Of a stretch of DNA of 26,407 bases, positions 1 through 8,135 are shown piece after piece. This DNA is from a virus. Lineage: Duplodnaviria; Heunggongvirae; Uroviricota; Caudoviricetes. The position numbers were made by a program, and so were the translations under genes. Every line of letters begins with the position of its first letter. Position 1 is the first letter of the stretch. The notes beneath the pieces are model-generated. The model saw nothing but the letters and a program-made list of their open reading frames with translations, was not told the DNA's origin and made no database searches. Location: positions 64,001-90,407 of the IMG/VR virus record IMGVR_UViG_3300022660_000062; one strand, 5' to 3'.

Positions 1-159
1 AAAACTGAAGAGTCTGTTACAGGAGAGTGGATCCGATGCAATGGACCAACATATTCGTACTTTCGATGTTCAATCTGCAATGATTGGCAGATGACACAGT
101 TGCCTCGGTGTATGAAATGTATGACAAAGATGCGAAATATAACGGAGTTTGAACTATGA
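1..159 (+). CDS. Partial (5'-truncated) small Zn-ribbon phage protein
   Basis: Frame 1 is open from base 1: KTEESVTGEWIRCNGPTYSYFRCSICNDWQMTQLPRCMKCMTKMRNITEFEL*. It has CxxC...CxxC and the GxWI...KM pattern of small Firmicutes phage proteins. Its TGA overlaps the next ATG (ATGA, 156-159). Not in the ORF track. Confidence 0.7.
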   Translation, partial: KTEESVTGEWIRCNGPTYSYFRCSICNDWQMTQLPRCMKCMTKMRNITEFEL

Positions 160-773
160 TCAAGATAAGCACACGACTTGAAAAGATCAGCAAGTTCCTT
201 GCACTTATTCTGAGACATAAGCCCGATGCAGCTGGCATAACGCTTGATAAACATGGGTGGGCGGATGTCAACGAACTCGTTCGAGGAATTCGAAGCACAA
301 AAGATCCGACATTCACACACGACGATTTGACACTCATTGTTGTCACTGACTCAAAAGGAAGATACTCCTTTGATGAGTCTGGAAAACGGATAAGAGCGAA
401 TCAAGGGCATTCAGTTGAAGTTGATGTTGAGTTAGAAGAGATTGAACCTCCGACATTATTGTATCATGGAACAGCCACAAAGTACATTGACTCCATTGAA
501 GCTGAAGGCATCGTCTCAAAATCTAGACTGTATGTACATCTTTCGGAAACAGTTAGTACTGCAACTGAAGTTGGTAAACGGCACGGCAAGCCTGTAGTTT
601 ACACAATCCACGCAAAAAAGATGTTTGATCATGGTTACAAGTTCTATAAGTCTGTCAATGGTGTGTGGCTAACAGAAACAGTACCTACTGAATATTTTGG
701 ATACAAAATCTTTGATTGGACAGGTGTTGAGGAAACAGATGAGATATACAACAAAAATCAGACTTCCAGTTGA
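156..773 (+). CDS. kptA: RNA 2'-phosphotransferase, Tpt1/KptA family
   Basis: Family motifs LRH, GW, KGRY, IRANQGHS, LYHGT, RLYVHLS, RHGKP and NGVWL in the expected order; 205 aa. Confidence 0.95.
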   Translation: MIKISTRLEKISKFLALILRHKPDAAGITLDKHGWADVNELVRGIRSTKDPTFTHDDLTLIVVTDSKGRYSFDESGKRIRANQGHSVEVDVELEEIEPPTLLYHGTATKYIDSIEAEGIVSKSRLYVHLSETVSTATEVGKRHGKPVVYTIHAKKMFDHGYKFYKSVNGVWLTETVPTEYFGYKIFDWTGVEETDEIYNKNQTSS

Positions 774-990
774 AAAAAGCAACTTTCATTCCTACACGCT
801 GAGCCACAATGTTGTTCAACAACTACTTGAAATGCTGAGCAAAGAATCAAACATCGTTTCAGTTGAGTGGGAAAACGGTGATTGTATAGCTACAGTTGAG
901 ATACTGAGTCCTGTCACTCTTGAGCCAACTTATAGCTCTTTAGAACTATTTGTAAGGGATATTATCAACCAGAATTCTGGTAAAAACTGA
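739..990 (+). CDS. Hypothetical protein (83 aa)
   Basis: ORF track starts at 697, but GAGGA precedes ATG 739. It overlaps the end of kptA and is followed by a terminator-like hairpin. Confidence 0.6.
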   Translation: MRYTTKIRLPVEKSNFHSYTLSHNVVQQLLEMLSKESNIVSVEWENGDCIATVEILSPVTLEPTYSSLELFVRDIINQNSGKN

Positions 991-1075
991 TACCTTGCTT
1001 ATAGCACATTATCCTAACTAATATAAATTATATATTGAATATTGCTCCTTGCACAACTTAAAGCACAAGGTAACA

Positions 1076-1100
1076 AAGAGGTAGTTAACAGCTACCTCTT
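1076..1100 (+). terminator. Probable intrinsic terminator
   Basis: AAGAGGTAG (1076-1084) / CTACCTCTT (1092-1100), 9-bp stem followed by ATTTTAT. Confidence 0.7.
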
Positions 1101-1109
1101 ATTTTATAG

Positions 1110-1138
1110 TTGAATGATTACAACTGTTATTTTATAAT
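1110..1138 (+). promoter_or_regulatory. sigma70/sigmaA-type promoter
   Basis: TTGAAT (1110-1115) - 17 nt - TATAAT (1133-1138), then AGGAGG (1154-1159) and ATG 1167. Confidence 0.75.
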
Positions 1139-1166
1139 ATCAGTATAAAGATCAGGAGGTAACTTT

Positions 1167-1808
1167 ATGAAGTGGAACGTTATGGTCTGTGTTTTTGTTG
1201 TGAAACACGAAGGATGGGATCCTACAGCTACAAACATTTCTGACATGCTGTATGACTATCCTGGAATCACCGATTCATGGTTCACCTCTAAGCAGTCTGT
1301 CGATGAAGTTCATGAATGTATGAACTTCACTGTTGTCGCAGATGAGATGCCGGTTGCTAAAAATCTGTTTGATGAGCTCAATCAACATTTCGATGTTAAT
1401 CAGCTCGAGATTACTCGTGAATGTTGGCACCTGAAACCGAACACACAGTTTCAGTGGACTAATCGAGGAGTCATTGTTTACTATGATGGTTCAGTGTATC
1501 ATGAGGACTTCTGGGAATTCCGCATCAAGGGCTGTTCTGTATTCAACATTCTGTATATTCCCTCTTACACAAAGGGCTGGACGAAGGGCAAACGGGAGAA
1601 AGCTTTCGGCTCTGCATTGTACTGTTGGGTAGGTCCTGCAGGTGGCAAAACTCCTTTAAGAGCACATTGCATTGATGACGCTCTGAAGGAATTTGAAGAG
1701 CTTTTTGAAAACATGACTCGTAACTCCATTCAGCAAACTGAAAGAAAACTTTCTGATCTAAAAACTGAGCTGGAAGATCTCACTAAGTGGAGAAGCAAGA
1801 AGGAGTGA
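1167..1808 (+). CDS. Hypothetical protein (213 aa) with C-terminal coiled coil
   Basis: Perfect AGGAGG RBS and upstream promoter; no recognisable family. Confidence 0.85.
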   Translation: MKWNVMVCVFVVKHEGWDPTATNISDMLYDYPGITDSWFTSKQSVDEVHECMNFTVVADEMPVAKNLFDELNQHFDVNQLEITRECWHLKPNTQFQWTNRGVIVYYDGSVYHEDFWEFRIKGCSVFNILYIPSYTKGWTKGKREKAFGSALYCWVGPAGGKTPLRAHCIDDALKEFEELFENMTRNSIQQTERKLSDLKTELEDLTKWRSKKE

Positions 1809-1811
1809 TTC

Positions 1812-2288
1812 TTGAAACGTAACAACTACATCAACTGGGATGAATACTTCATGGGGATTGCGCTCTTAGCTGCAAACAGAAGTAAAGATCCAAACACACA
1901 AGTAGGCGCATGTATTGTATCTACTGATAACATCATTCTATCAACTGGATACAACGGTATGCCGAAGGGCTGCTCAGATGATGACTTTCCTTGGTCTCGA
2001 GAGGGCACAGAAACAAAGTATCCTTATGTGGTACATGCTGAGCTGAACGCAATACTTAACTCGAATGGCAGAGACTTAACCAACAGTAGAATCTATGTTG
2101 CTCTCTTCCCTTGCAATGAATGTGCAAAAGCAATCATCCAGAGTGGCATAAAAGAGGTAATCTACCTATCCGATAAATATGCTGACACTCCTGCGACAAT
2201 CGCATCAAAGAGAATGCTAACATCTGCGGGTGTAACTTTCCGCCAGCTGGAATCAACTGTATCAAGTATAACTCTGAACTTCATGTAA
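1812..2288 (+). CDS. comEB: dCMP deaminase (ComEB/cytidine deaminase fold)
   Basis: WDEYFM, RSKDPNTQVGA, TGYNG, HAELNAI and PCNEC Zn-binding motifs; TTG start after AAGGAG. Confidence 0.95.
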   Translation: MKRNNYINWDEYFMGIALLAANRSKDPNTQVGACIVSTDNIILSTGYNGMPKGCSDDDFPWSREGTETKYPYVVHAELNAILNSNGRDLTNSRIYVALFPCNECAKAIIQSGIKEVIYLSDKYADTPATIASKRMLTSAGVTFRQLESTVSSITLNFM

Positions 2289-2291
2289 AAC

Positions 2292-2325
2292 AAAAGTGAG
2301 TGACAGTAGCTTGTCACTCACTTTT
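2292..2325. terminator. Intrinsic terminator, possibly bidirectional
   Basis: Perfect 14-bp inverted repeat AAAAGTGAGTGACA / TGTCACTCACTTTT with a 6-nt loop, directly after the deaminase stop. Confidence 0.85.
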
Positions 2326-2332
2326 CTAGTAG

Positions 2333-2361
2333 TTGATAAAACAATTTGAACATAATACAAT
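2333..2361 (+). promoter_or_regulatory. Possible sigmaA promoter
   Basis: TTGATA (2333-2338) - 17 nt - TACAAT (2356-2361). Confidence 0.5.
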
Positions 2362-2433
2362 ATTGAGGCTGAACTATCAGTAAATTGTATATGTTAATAT
2401 ATGTATGTGTATTTTTACAGATAAGAGGGATGA

Positions 2434-2796
2434 ATGAGTAACGCTGTAATTATTCGAGCTGAAAAGCGAACAAACTATTCTATCATGAATAATCAGATTG
2501 GACAGACTACAAATATTTCTTGTAGAGCTATTGGTCTTTATCATAAGTTAATGACGCTTCCGCCTCAATGGAACTATTCGATAAGTGGACTTGCTAAGAT
2601 TTGCAAAGAGAGTGAAGCTACTGTTCAATCAATGTTAAAAGAGTTACAAGAATTCGGATACATCGAAATCAACAAGAAGTACCCATCAAAAGAGACAGGT
2701 GGGCGTATTCAGTTCGAGTACATCATTCATGAAACTTCTATAGCGCCTGACAAGCTTGAGACATTTGTTGACTGGTCAAAGATAGCAAAAGACTGA
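2434..2796 (+). CDS. Winged-HTH protein resembling the N-terminus of Firmicutes phage replication initiators; short, possibly truncated
   Basis: Pattern RAEKRTNYSIMNN...RAIGLY..LMTLPPQWNYSISGLAKICKES...MLKELQEFGYI...EYIIHE; AGAGGGA RBS. Confidence 0.75.
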   Translation: MSNAVIIRAEKRTNYSIMNNQIGQTTNISCRAIGLYHKLMTLPPQWNYSISGLAKICKESEATVQSMLKELQEFGYIEINKKYPSKETGGRIQFEYIIHETSIAPDKLETFVDWSKIAKD

Positions 2797-2951
2797 AATA
2801 CAATCCCCCGAAAAACAATGGCTTGTATTACAACCGTTTGTATTTCTAGGGCAATATATTATATAATGATAAACTAAATAATATAAATATAATGTTATTA
2901 TTACATAATAACATTATAGAGAGGGATGAACCCTCTCGAGGAGATAACTGA

Positions 2952-3173
2952 ATGTTTGATAAAATTGTTGAATCAATGTTACAGTTTAGTAATACATTCT
3001 GGATGTTGCTCTGTGTTCTTATCTTTGCAATGACAGGTTCTTTTGAGGGTATGCTGATCAGTGGCGTGTTTGCTGTTGTAGTACTCATCATGGAGCTATT
3101 CAGTTGCATTCAGAGAGCAAAGAAAAATAAACGACGTAAGGAACGGACTCATGGAAATCAGAAAGTTACATGA
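2952..3173 (+). CDS. Small membrane protein (73 aa, two hydrophobic segments, basic tail)
   Basis: GAGGGAG RBS; hydrophobic FWMLLCVLIFAM and LISGVFAVVVLIMELF; overlaps the start of the 1629-aa gene. Confidence 0.7.
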   Translation: MFDKIVESMLQFSNTFWMLLCVLIFAMTGSFEGMLISGVFAVVVLIMELFSCIQRAKKNKRRKERTHGNQKVT

Positions 3174-6100
3174 ATCAGATGAGCTTCAAGATAGAGCTAA
3201 GAAACACAAGAAAAACAACAAAGGACTCAGTTTTTACTGTACTCTAAATCCGGATGCAGGAAATGTTGAGCATAATGTTGCAATGTTTAATCATATGAAT
3301 ACTCCAGCCGAAAGTCCTTCTGTTAATCCTTGTGGTCCGATGGCTGAAGCTATGAATACAGATGAGGTTTCACATCTATTCAAGTTGCATGTTGGAGATA
3401 TTGTTGAATATGAAGGTCAAGAGTTTACTGTTGACGCTATACGCAATGATCCTGATCATACAGAGCTTGTTCCTTCGATGCTGAAACTTGGAGATGACTG
3501 GGTTCCTGAAGAATGGGTTGCCCTGAATTTTGATCATAAACTAAGAGAGGATAATAGTAAGATGGATTCACAGATTGAATTGAATTACACCGATCTTGAA
3601 GTGACCATTGTTACAAGACCTCGCAGACCTTCCAGTTATCATTTTGAGTATGATCGAGATGAAGCACAGACAGTTGAAGAGACGATTGATTACGAGTTTG
3701 CTGTTCCGAGATCTGATATTGTGGATTTCATCTATGAAAACATGACTGAAAATGATTTTGCAGATATCGATACTGCAACTGAGGCTGAGGTACTTGAATT
3801 CATTAACAAGAATTTTGACACATTGTTTGCCAAATATGAGTCAATGATTTTGGACGCTTATAGAGATCGAGCAAGAGAAGACGCAGAGGAACATATGAAC
3901 GAATCATTAACAAATAAAGAGCTCGGTGAAGCTACTTGTGGCGTAGAGAAGTTTGTTTCATCACTCGGAAAAGATCTACATGAAGCTTTTTTGAGTAAGT
4001 TGATTGATAGTAATACTTCTGAAGAGCTTCTCAGATTAGAAGCTCTGTATGAGAAGTATGCTCGAGCACACGATGATATGCATACACAGAAGATTGTTGA
4101 AAAGGTTAGATCTGCAATTGCTTCATGCGCAGAAAATACTCAACCCTTAGCTGAGTCGGTGAATGAATACGTTATCATGGCAGTATGTAGCGATGGTAAA
4201 AAACAGTATTACAATGTTTCTTCAGCACCACACTGGGTAGCTAAAGCCAAGGATGCAACAATCTTTGATGACATGGACGAGGCAAGAGCTGTCTGGTTCA
4301 AGTTGGATAAGAAATCTTTCAAGAGAGTATTCATTCCTAACTACGATCATGAAAAAATGAACGAGGCTGTTGACATTGACAAACAGTATCAGCTTGACCT
4401 TCTGCTTGACCGCATCGAAGAAGTTATGGACTGGAAACTCAACAAGAAGTGTAAGACAAGAACTCTTGGCAATAATACTTATCGTGTTGTTCATACTTCT
4501 GGAAACACTTCAATGATTGTTAGATTTGATGTTTCCGACCCTGTCAAGCCACTCACTTTCATGATTGATAAGAAAGGTCCATTCACTGCAAAGAATGAGT
4601 CAGAAGCGGCTAATATCATCTTACGTGAGCTTCAGAACAAACACTCTGACTCATTTGATATGTTTAAGAATGAGGGTTTGAGTGATAGAATTCGTAAGAA
4701 CGACTTGAACTATGATGATGAGCTTGATGCTTATCTTGCATCTGAGGGTGATACAGAAGTGCAGTTCCAAGATCGTGAAACTCATACACATGAATTCCGC
4801 ACAAAGAAAAATCAGTGGGGAAGAAGTTATGTTGATGGGCAGTACAATACACAACCCAAAGTAGCTTCTCATACTTGGGGTCGTGTTTGGAAAGATGGTA
4901 AACTTGTAAAACAGTCTGAAGGTCCAAAGTATCAAGTAAGAGCTGATATTGCAAAATATCTTGATTCTGAAGGTAACTTGGATGAGTCTAAAATCCCTGA
5001 CAACTGGACTAAGTATCGTGGAGCTTGGATGTATCCAGTTTATGGTGGATGGGAAGCAAATCTTGATGGCTTACATTATGAAGCTGAAACTGAAGATGAA
5101 TTGAAGTTAAAGATTGATTCTGCAGTTCGTGATGGGTATACAAAGGATAACAAACTAGCACCGTTGTATCGAGATACACTACCAGCTTATGGTGGTATGC
5201 TCGATGAGGCTTGGAGTCCCGATTACATTGATTGCCCTGTTTGTGGCGATATTTCATTTGACGCAAAGAGGGGCAGATGCACTCAGTGTGCATATCGTGA
5301 ATCTGTTGAGGACGATACTGACGATTTAGAGCATCCTGATCAAGAGTTTGATTCTGCAAAGACCTCTATAAATTCTACTAAGTTACCTGCGGTTTACAGA
5401 ATGGTTAAGATTCCTCAAGGAACTACTGGTGTTGACTTCGGTGGTGGATCTTTTGATAATGCAGTAGAGCACATCCGTGATCTTGGAGCAACTCTATGCG
5501 TCTATGATCCTTATAATCGTTCCGCAGAGCATAATCGAGAAGTTATCAAGACATTGAAAGGTAACGGCGGTGCTGACTGGGCTATCAACTCAAATGTTTT
5601 GAACGTTATCAAGGAACCTGAAGCTCGTAAAGCTGTTTTACAGAATATTTCAAAGATTACAAAATCTGGCGCTCCTGTTTACATTACTGTCTACGAGGGT
5701 CGTGGAGATGGTAAAGAAGGAGCTACTAAGTCAGGTTATCAGTTGAATCGTAGAACTCAAGATTACCTTGCTGAAATTCAAGAAGTATTTCCTGATGCAG
5801 TACGTAAGGGTAAGTTGATTATTGCTCATAACGGCAGAGGACATGTTAACGAAAGTAACAATGCCTATAGTTACAAAGATTACACAATCATCGATGCTGG
5901 TTCTGGTTGGAAAGTTAAGGATGCTTCTCAGAAGTGGGTTGGCAACGAATTTGCAACCGATAGAGACGCAGAGGAGTTTGTTGACTCTCTGAATGAGTCC
6001 TTTTTGGACAGCGATGATAACTACGAGTATGTAGCTAGTAAGTCAGTACTTGATTCAGATGGTTTCTATACTGATTACACTTGGTACAAGAACATTGATG

Positions 6101-8040
6101 GTGTGAATGTATTCGTGTTTGGTGACAATGATATCTACAAGCCTGCTGATGGTTACATTGATCATGAAGAGGAAGATGATACCGCTGCTCAGGAATGGTT
6201 TGATTCTTACAACGGATTTGAAGAAGATATTGTTGACGAGAACTTAGATACAAGCAATGATGTCTTCTGTGTCGATGACCAGTTGGAATGGACTGACTTG
6301 TCTGGTGTGAAGTTCCGAGCACTTGTAACTGATGTCAATGATGATGTTGTAGTTCTCGATATGATGCCCGTAAGCGGAGCTCCTGTTACCAGAACTTTTG
6401 AGCTAACTTGTGACTCTAATGGCAAGGAATGTATCATTGTTGATATGGCCTCCGATAAGAGTGATGCTGTTTATGTTTATCCTCCATATGAAGATCTTGA
6501 AGAGAGCACTGCTTCAAACAAAGTAGTATATCCTAACGGTGAACCTGTTACAGATATTGATCTGAATCGTGCACTTGATTATATGTACGGTACTGATAGA
6601 AATCCTGAGTGGACATACACTGATGCAGAGATGCAGCGGGCAATTTACTACTGGATGGATAAGACTGATCCACATCCATCAGGAAAGTCTTACATGAGCT
6701 TACAAGAATCCTACAACATCAAGTTCTATCAAATTTTCCAAGCCCCATCTAAGCCTACAGAAAATGGTAAGATGATTGGCCAGAGAGATACTCTGAGTGC
6801 TGCCATTGACTTCGGAGAGGATCGTTGTGGTCCTGGAAAGTTCTTTATCAAGGGTGTTTGCGATGATGGCAAAACTAGATACGTAGATTTCTTTAGAAAA
6901 GCAAGGGGTTATGTTCCTTTTGCCAACTACAAAGATGACGTAACAGAATCTTTTGAAGATGATGGACCAGTTTATGTTGCATCTTCAGTTGAGAGTCTGA
7001 ACAACTACTGTGCTGGTTTAGGTGACGCTTGTAAAAGATTACGTGATGGAAACATGTGTTCTTATCGTGGTTATGAAGTAGAATTTGTCGATGGTGAGTA
7101 CAATGTGTTCTTGCTGGAATCAATGAACGAATCCTTTGATGACTATCATTATGCAGTTTACAACAATGATGCTCTTTTGAGAGACAAGCTCTGGAGTGTC
7201 TCTGACGCACTTGAGTTCATTCATGCAAATGGTGGCAACATTATCAAACTTTCAAAAGATGGTGTTGATACTGTTATCTGGAAAGATGGTAAGGCAGTTG
7301 GAAGCGGATTTATCGGTAAGGGCATAGATGCTGATGGAAACGATGTTCACTTTGAAGATGGTGAAGATGTTCCAACTCATGCAGCTCCAGAACCTTTCAA
7401 TCCTAGAAAGTGGTTGTACGGTGAGTCAAAAGAAAACCGACCTCTGTACATTATCAGAGACAGTCACGGAAATCAACTATCTGCTCCTAATCCTGACGAC
7501 GAAGAGCTGTGGGATAGAGTTGCTTCTATGGAAGCAAGAGGAAGACGTGGACTGTGTGTAGTTGCTTATACCGGCAAGAAAGAATCACTGAAAGAGTGGA
7601 ATGAATTCAGTGATGACGATGTTGAAGATGATTTGACTCATGCAGCTGTTTACGGCGGCGATAGCAAGTACTGCAAAGAATGCGGTGCTGTAAAGAAATA
7701 TGATGAGGACGGCTTTTCATATTGTCCTGAGTGCTGTGGTGAACTTGACGAGTCCTACTGGTACAATGATCCTGAACTTCGTCAGAAACAAGATCAGCTA
7801 ATTTCTGAATTAGAAGCTGATGGATTTGAAGAAACAGATGGTCAATCATATGGCACTAAGCATTGGACATTCTTCCGCAAGAGAGTTGATGGTAAGGGAG
7901 TCTGGAAAGCAATCTTTGTTGATACTGGATCAAAAGAAGCTGCAATAATTGATGTAACTTATGGTCAAGTTCGTGGTTATGAGCCACTTGATAGTTTCGA
8001 TGCTCTAAGAAGAGATCTTGGAAACAAGTTATTGCCATAA
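3151..8040 (+). CDS. Large acidic multi-module protein, putative capsid-internal polyprotein (SAM methyltransferase module, two Zn-ribbons)
   Basis: Uninterrupted 1629-aa ORF with AAGGA RBS. Recurrent [L/M/V]-X-E-[S/A] motifs; DFGGG/YDPY/NVLNVI methyltransferase motifs; CPVC-CTQC and CKEC-CPEC pairs. The CDS is certain; the function is inferred. Confidence 0.85.
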   Translation: MEIRKLHESDELQDRAKKHKKNNKGLSFYCTLNPDAGNVEHNVAMFNHMNTPAESPSVNPCGPMAEAMNTDEVSHLFKLHVGDIVEYEGQEFTVDAIRNDPDHTELVPSMLKLGDDWVPEEWVALNFDHKLREDNSKMDSQIELNYTDLEVTIVTRPRRPSSYHFEYDRDEAQTVEETIDYEFAVPRSDIVDFIYENMTENDFADIDTATEAEVLEFINKNFDTLFAKYESMILDAYRDRAREDAEEHMNESLTNKELGEATCGVEKFVSSLGKDLHEAFLSKLIDSNTSEELLRLEALYEKYARAHDDMHTQKIVEKVRSAIASCAENTQPLAESVNEYVIMAVCSDGKKQYYNVSSAPHWVAKAKDATIFDDMDEARAVWFKLDKKSFKRVFIPNYDHEKMNEAVDIDKQYQLDLLLDRIEEVMDWKLNKKCKTRTLGNNTYRVVHTSGNTSMIVRFDVSDPVKPLTFMIDKKGPFTAKNESEAANIILRELQNKHSDSFDMFKNEGLSDRIRKNDLNYDDELDAYLASEGDTEVQFQDRETHTHEFRTKKNQWGRSYVDGQYNTQPKVASHTWGRVWKDGKLVKQSEGPKYQVRADIAKYLDSEGNLDESKIPDNWTKYRGAWMYPVYGGWEANLDGLHYEAETEDELKLKIDSAVRDGYTKDNKLAPLYRDTLPAYGGMLDEAWSPDYIDCPVCGDISFDAKRGRCTQCAYRESVEDDTDDLEHPDQEFDSAKTSINSTKLPAVYRMVKIPQGTTGVDFGGGSFDNAVEHIRDLGATLCVYDPYNRSAEHNREVIKTLKGNGGADWAINSNVLNVIKEPEARKAVLQNISKITKSGAPVYITVYEGRGDGKEGATKSGYQLNRRTQDYLAEIQEVFPDAVRKGKLIIAHNGRGHVNESNNAYSYKDYTIIDAGSGWKVKDASQKWVGNEFATDRDAEEFVDSLNESFLDSDDNYEYVASKSVLDSDGFYTDYTWYKNIDGVNVFVFGDNDIYKPADGYIDHEEEDDTAAQEWFDSYNGFEEDIVDENLDTSNDVFCVDDQLEWTDLSGVKFRALVTDVNDDVVVLDMMPVSGAPVTRTFELTCDSNGKECIIVDMASDKSDAVYVYPPYEDLEESTASNKVVYPNGEPVTDIDLNRALDYMYGTDRNPEWTYTDAEMQRAIYYWMDKTDPHPSGKSYMSLQESYNIKFYQIFQAPSKPTENGKMIGQRDTLSAAIDFGEDRCGPGKFFIKGVCDDGKTRYVDFFRKARGYVPFANYKDDVTESFEDDGPVYVASSVESLNNYCAGLGDACKRLRDGNMCSYRGYEVEFVDGEYNVFLLESMNESFDDYHYAVYNNDALLRDKLWSVSDALEFIHANGGNIIKLSKDGVDTVIWKDGKAVGSGFIGKGIDADGNDVHFEDGEDVPTHAAPEPFNPRKWLYGESKENRPLYIIRDSHGNQLSAPNPDDEELWDRVASMEARGRRGLCVVAYTGKKESLKEWNEFSDDDVEDDLTHAAVYGGDSKYCKECGAVKKYDEDGFSYCPECCGELDESYWYNDPELRQKQDQLISELEADGFEETDGQSYGTKHWTFFRKRVDGKGVWKAIFVDTGSKEAAIIDVTYGQVRGYEPLDSFDALRRDLGNKLLP

Positions 8041-8056
8041 ATCTTAATATAGAATC

Positions 8057-8093
8057 TTGTAGCCGGTGCTGTTGATTTCAGCACCGGCTACAA
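8057..8093. terminator. Strong hairpin, probable terminator or RNA processing site
   Basis: Perfect 15-bp stem TTGTAGCCGGTGCTG / CAGCACCGGCTACAA, 7-nt loop; weak U-tract. Confidence 0.7.
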
Positions 8094-8135
8094 TTGTATA
8101 TCACTATGTACTATTATATGTGAAGGAGATATACA

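Noticed and set aside
991-1166. tRNA, ncRNA or CRISPR array in intergenic gaps
   Set aside because: The gaps are short and explained by terminators and promoters; no cloverleaf or repeat-spacer periodicity was seen here or in the other gaps.
1812-2288. dCMP deaminase as a novelty
   Set aside because: A common nucleotide-metabolism gene in large phages, with nothing unusual in the sequence.
3151-8040. Intein, tape measure or tail fibre identity for the 1629-aa protein
   Set aside because: No intein splice motifs, helical tape-measure repeats or fibre repeats were seen; its composition is a mosaic of small acidic domains.
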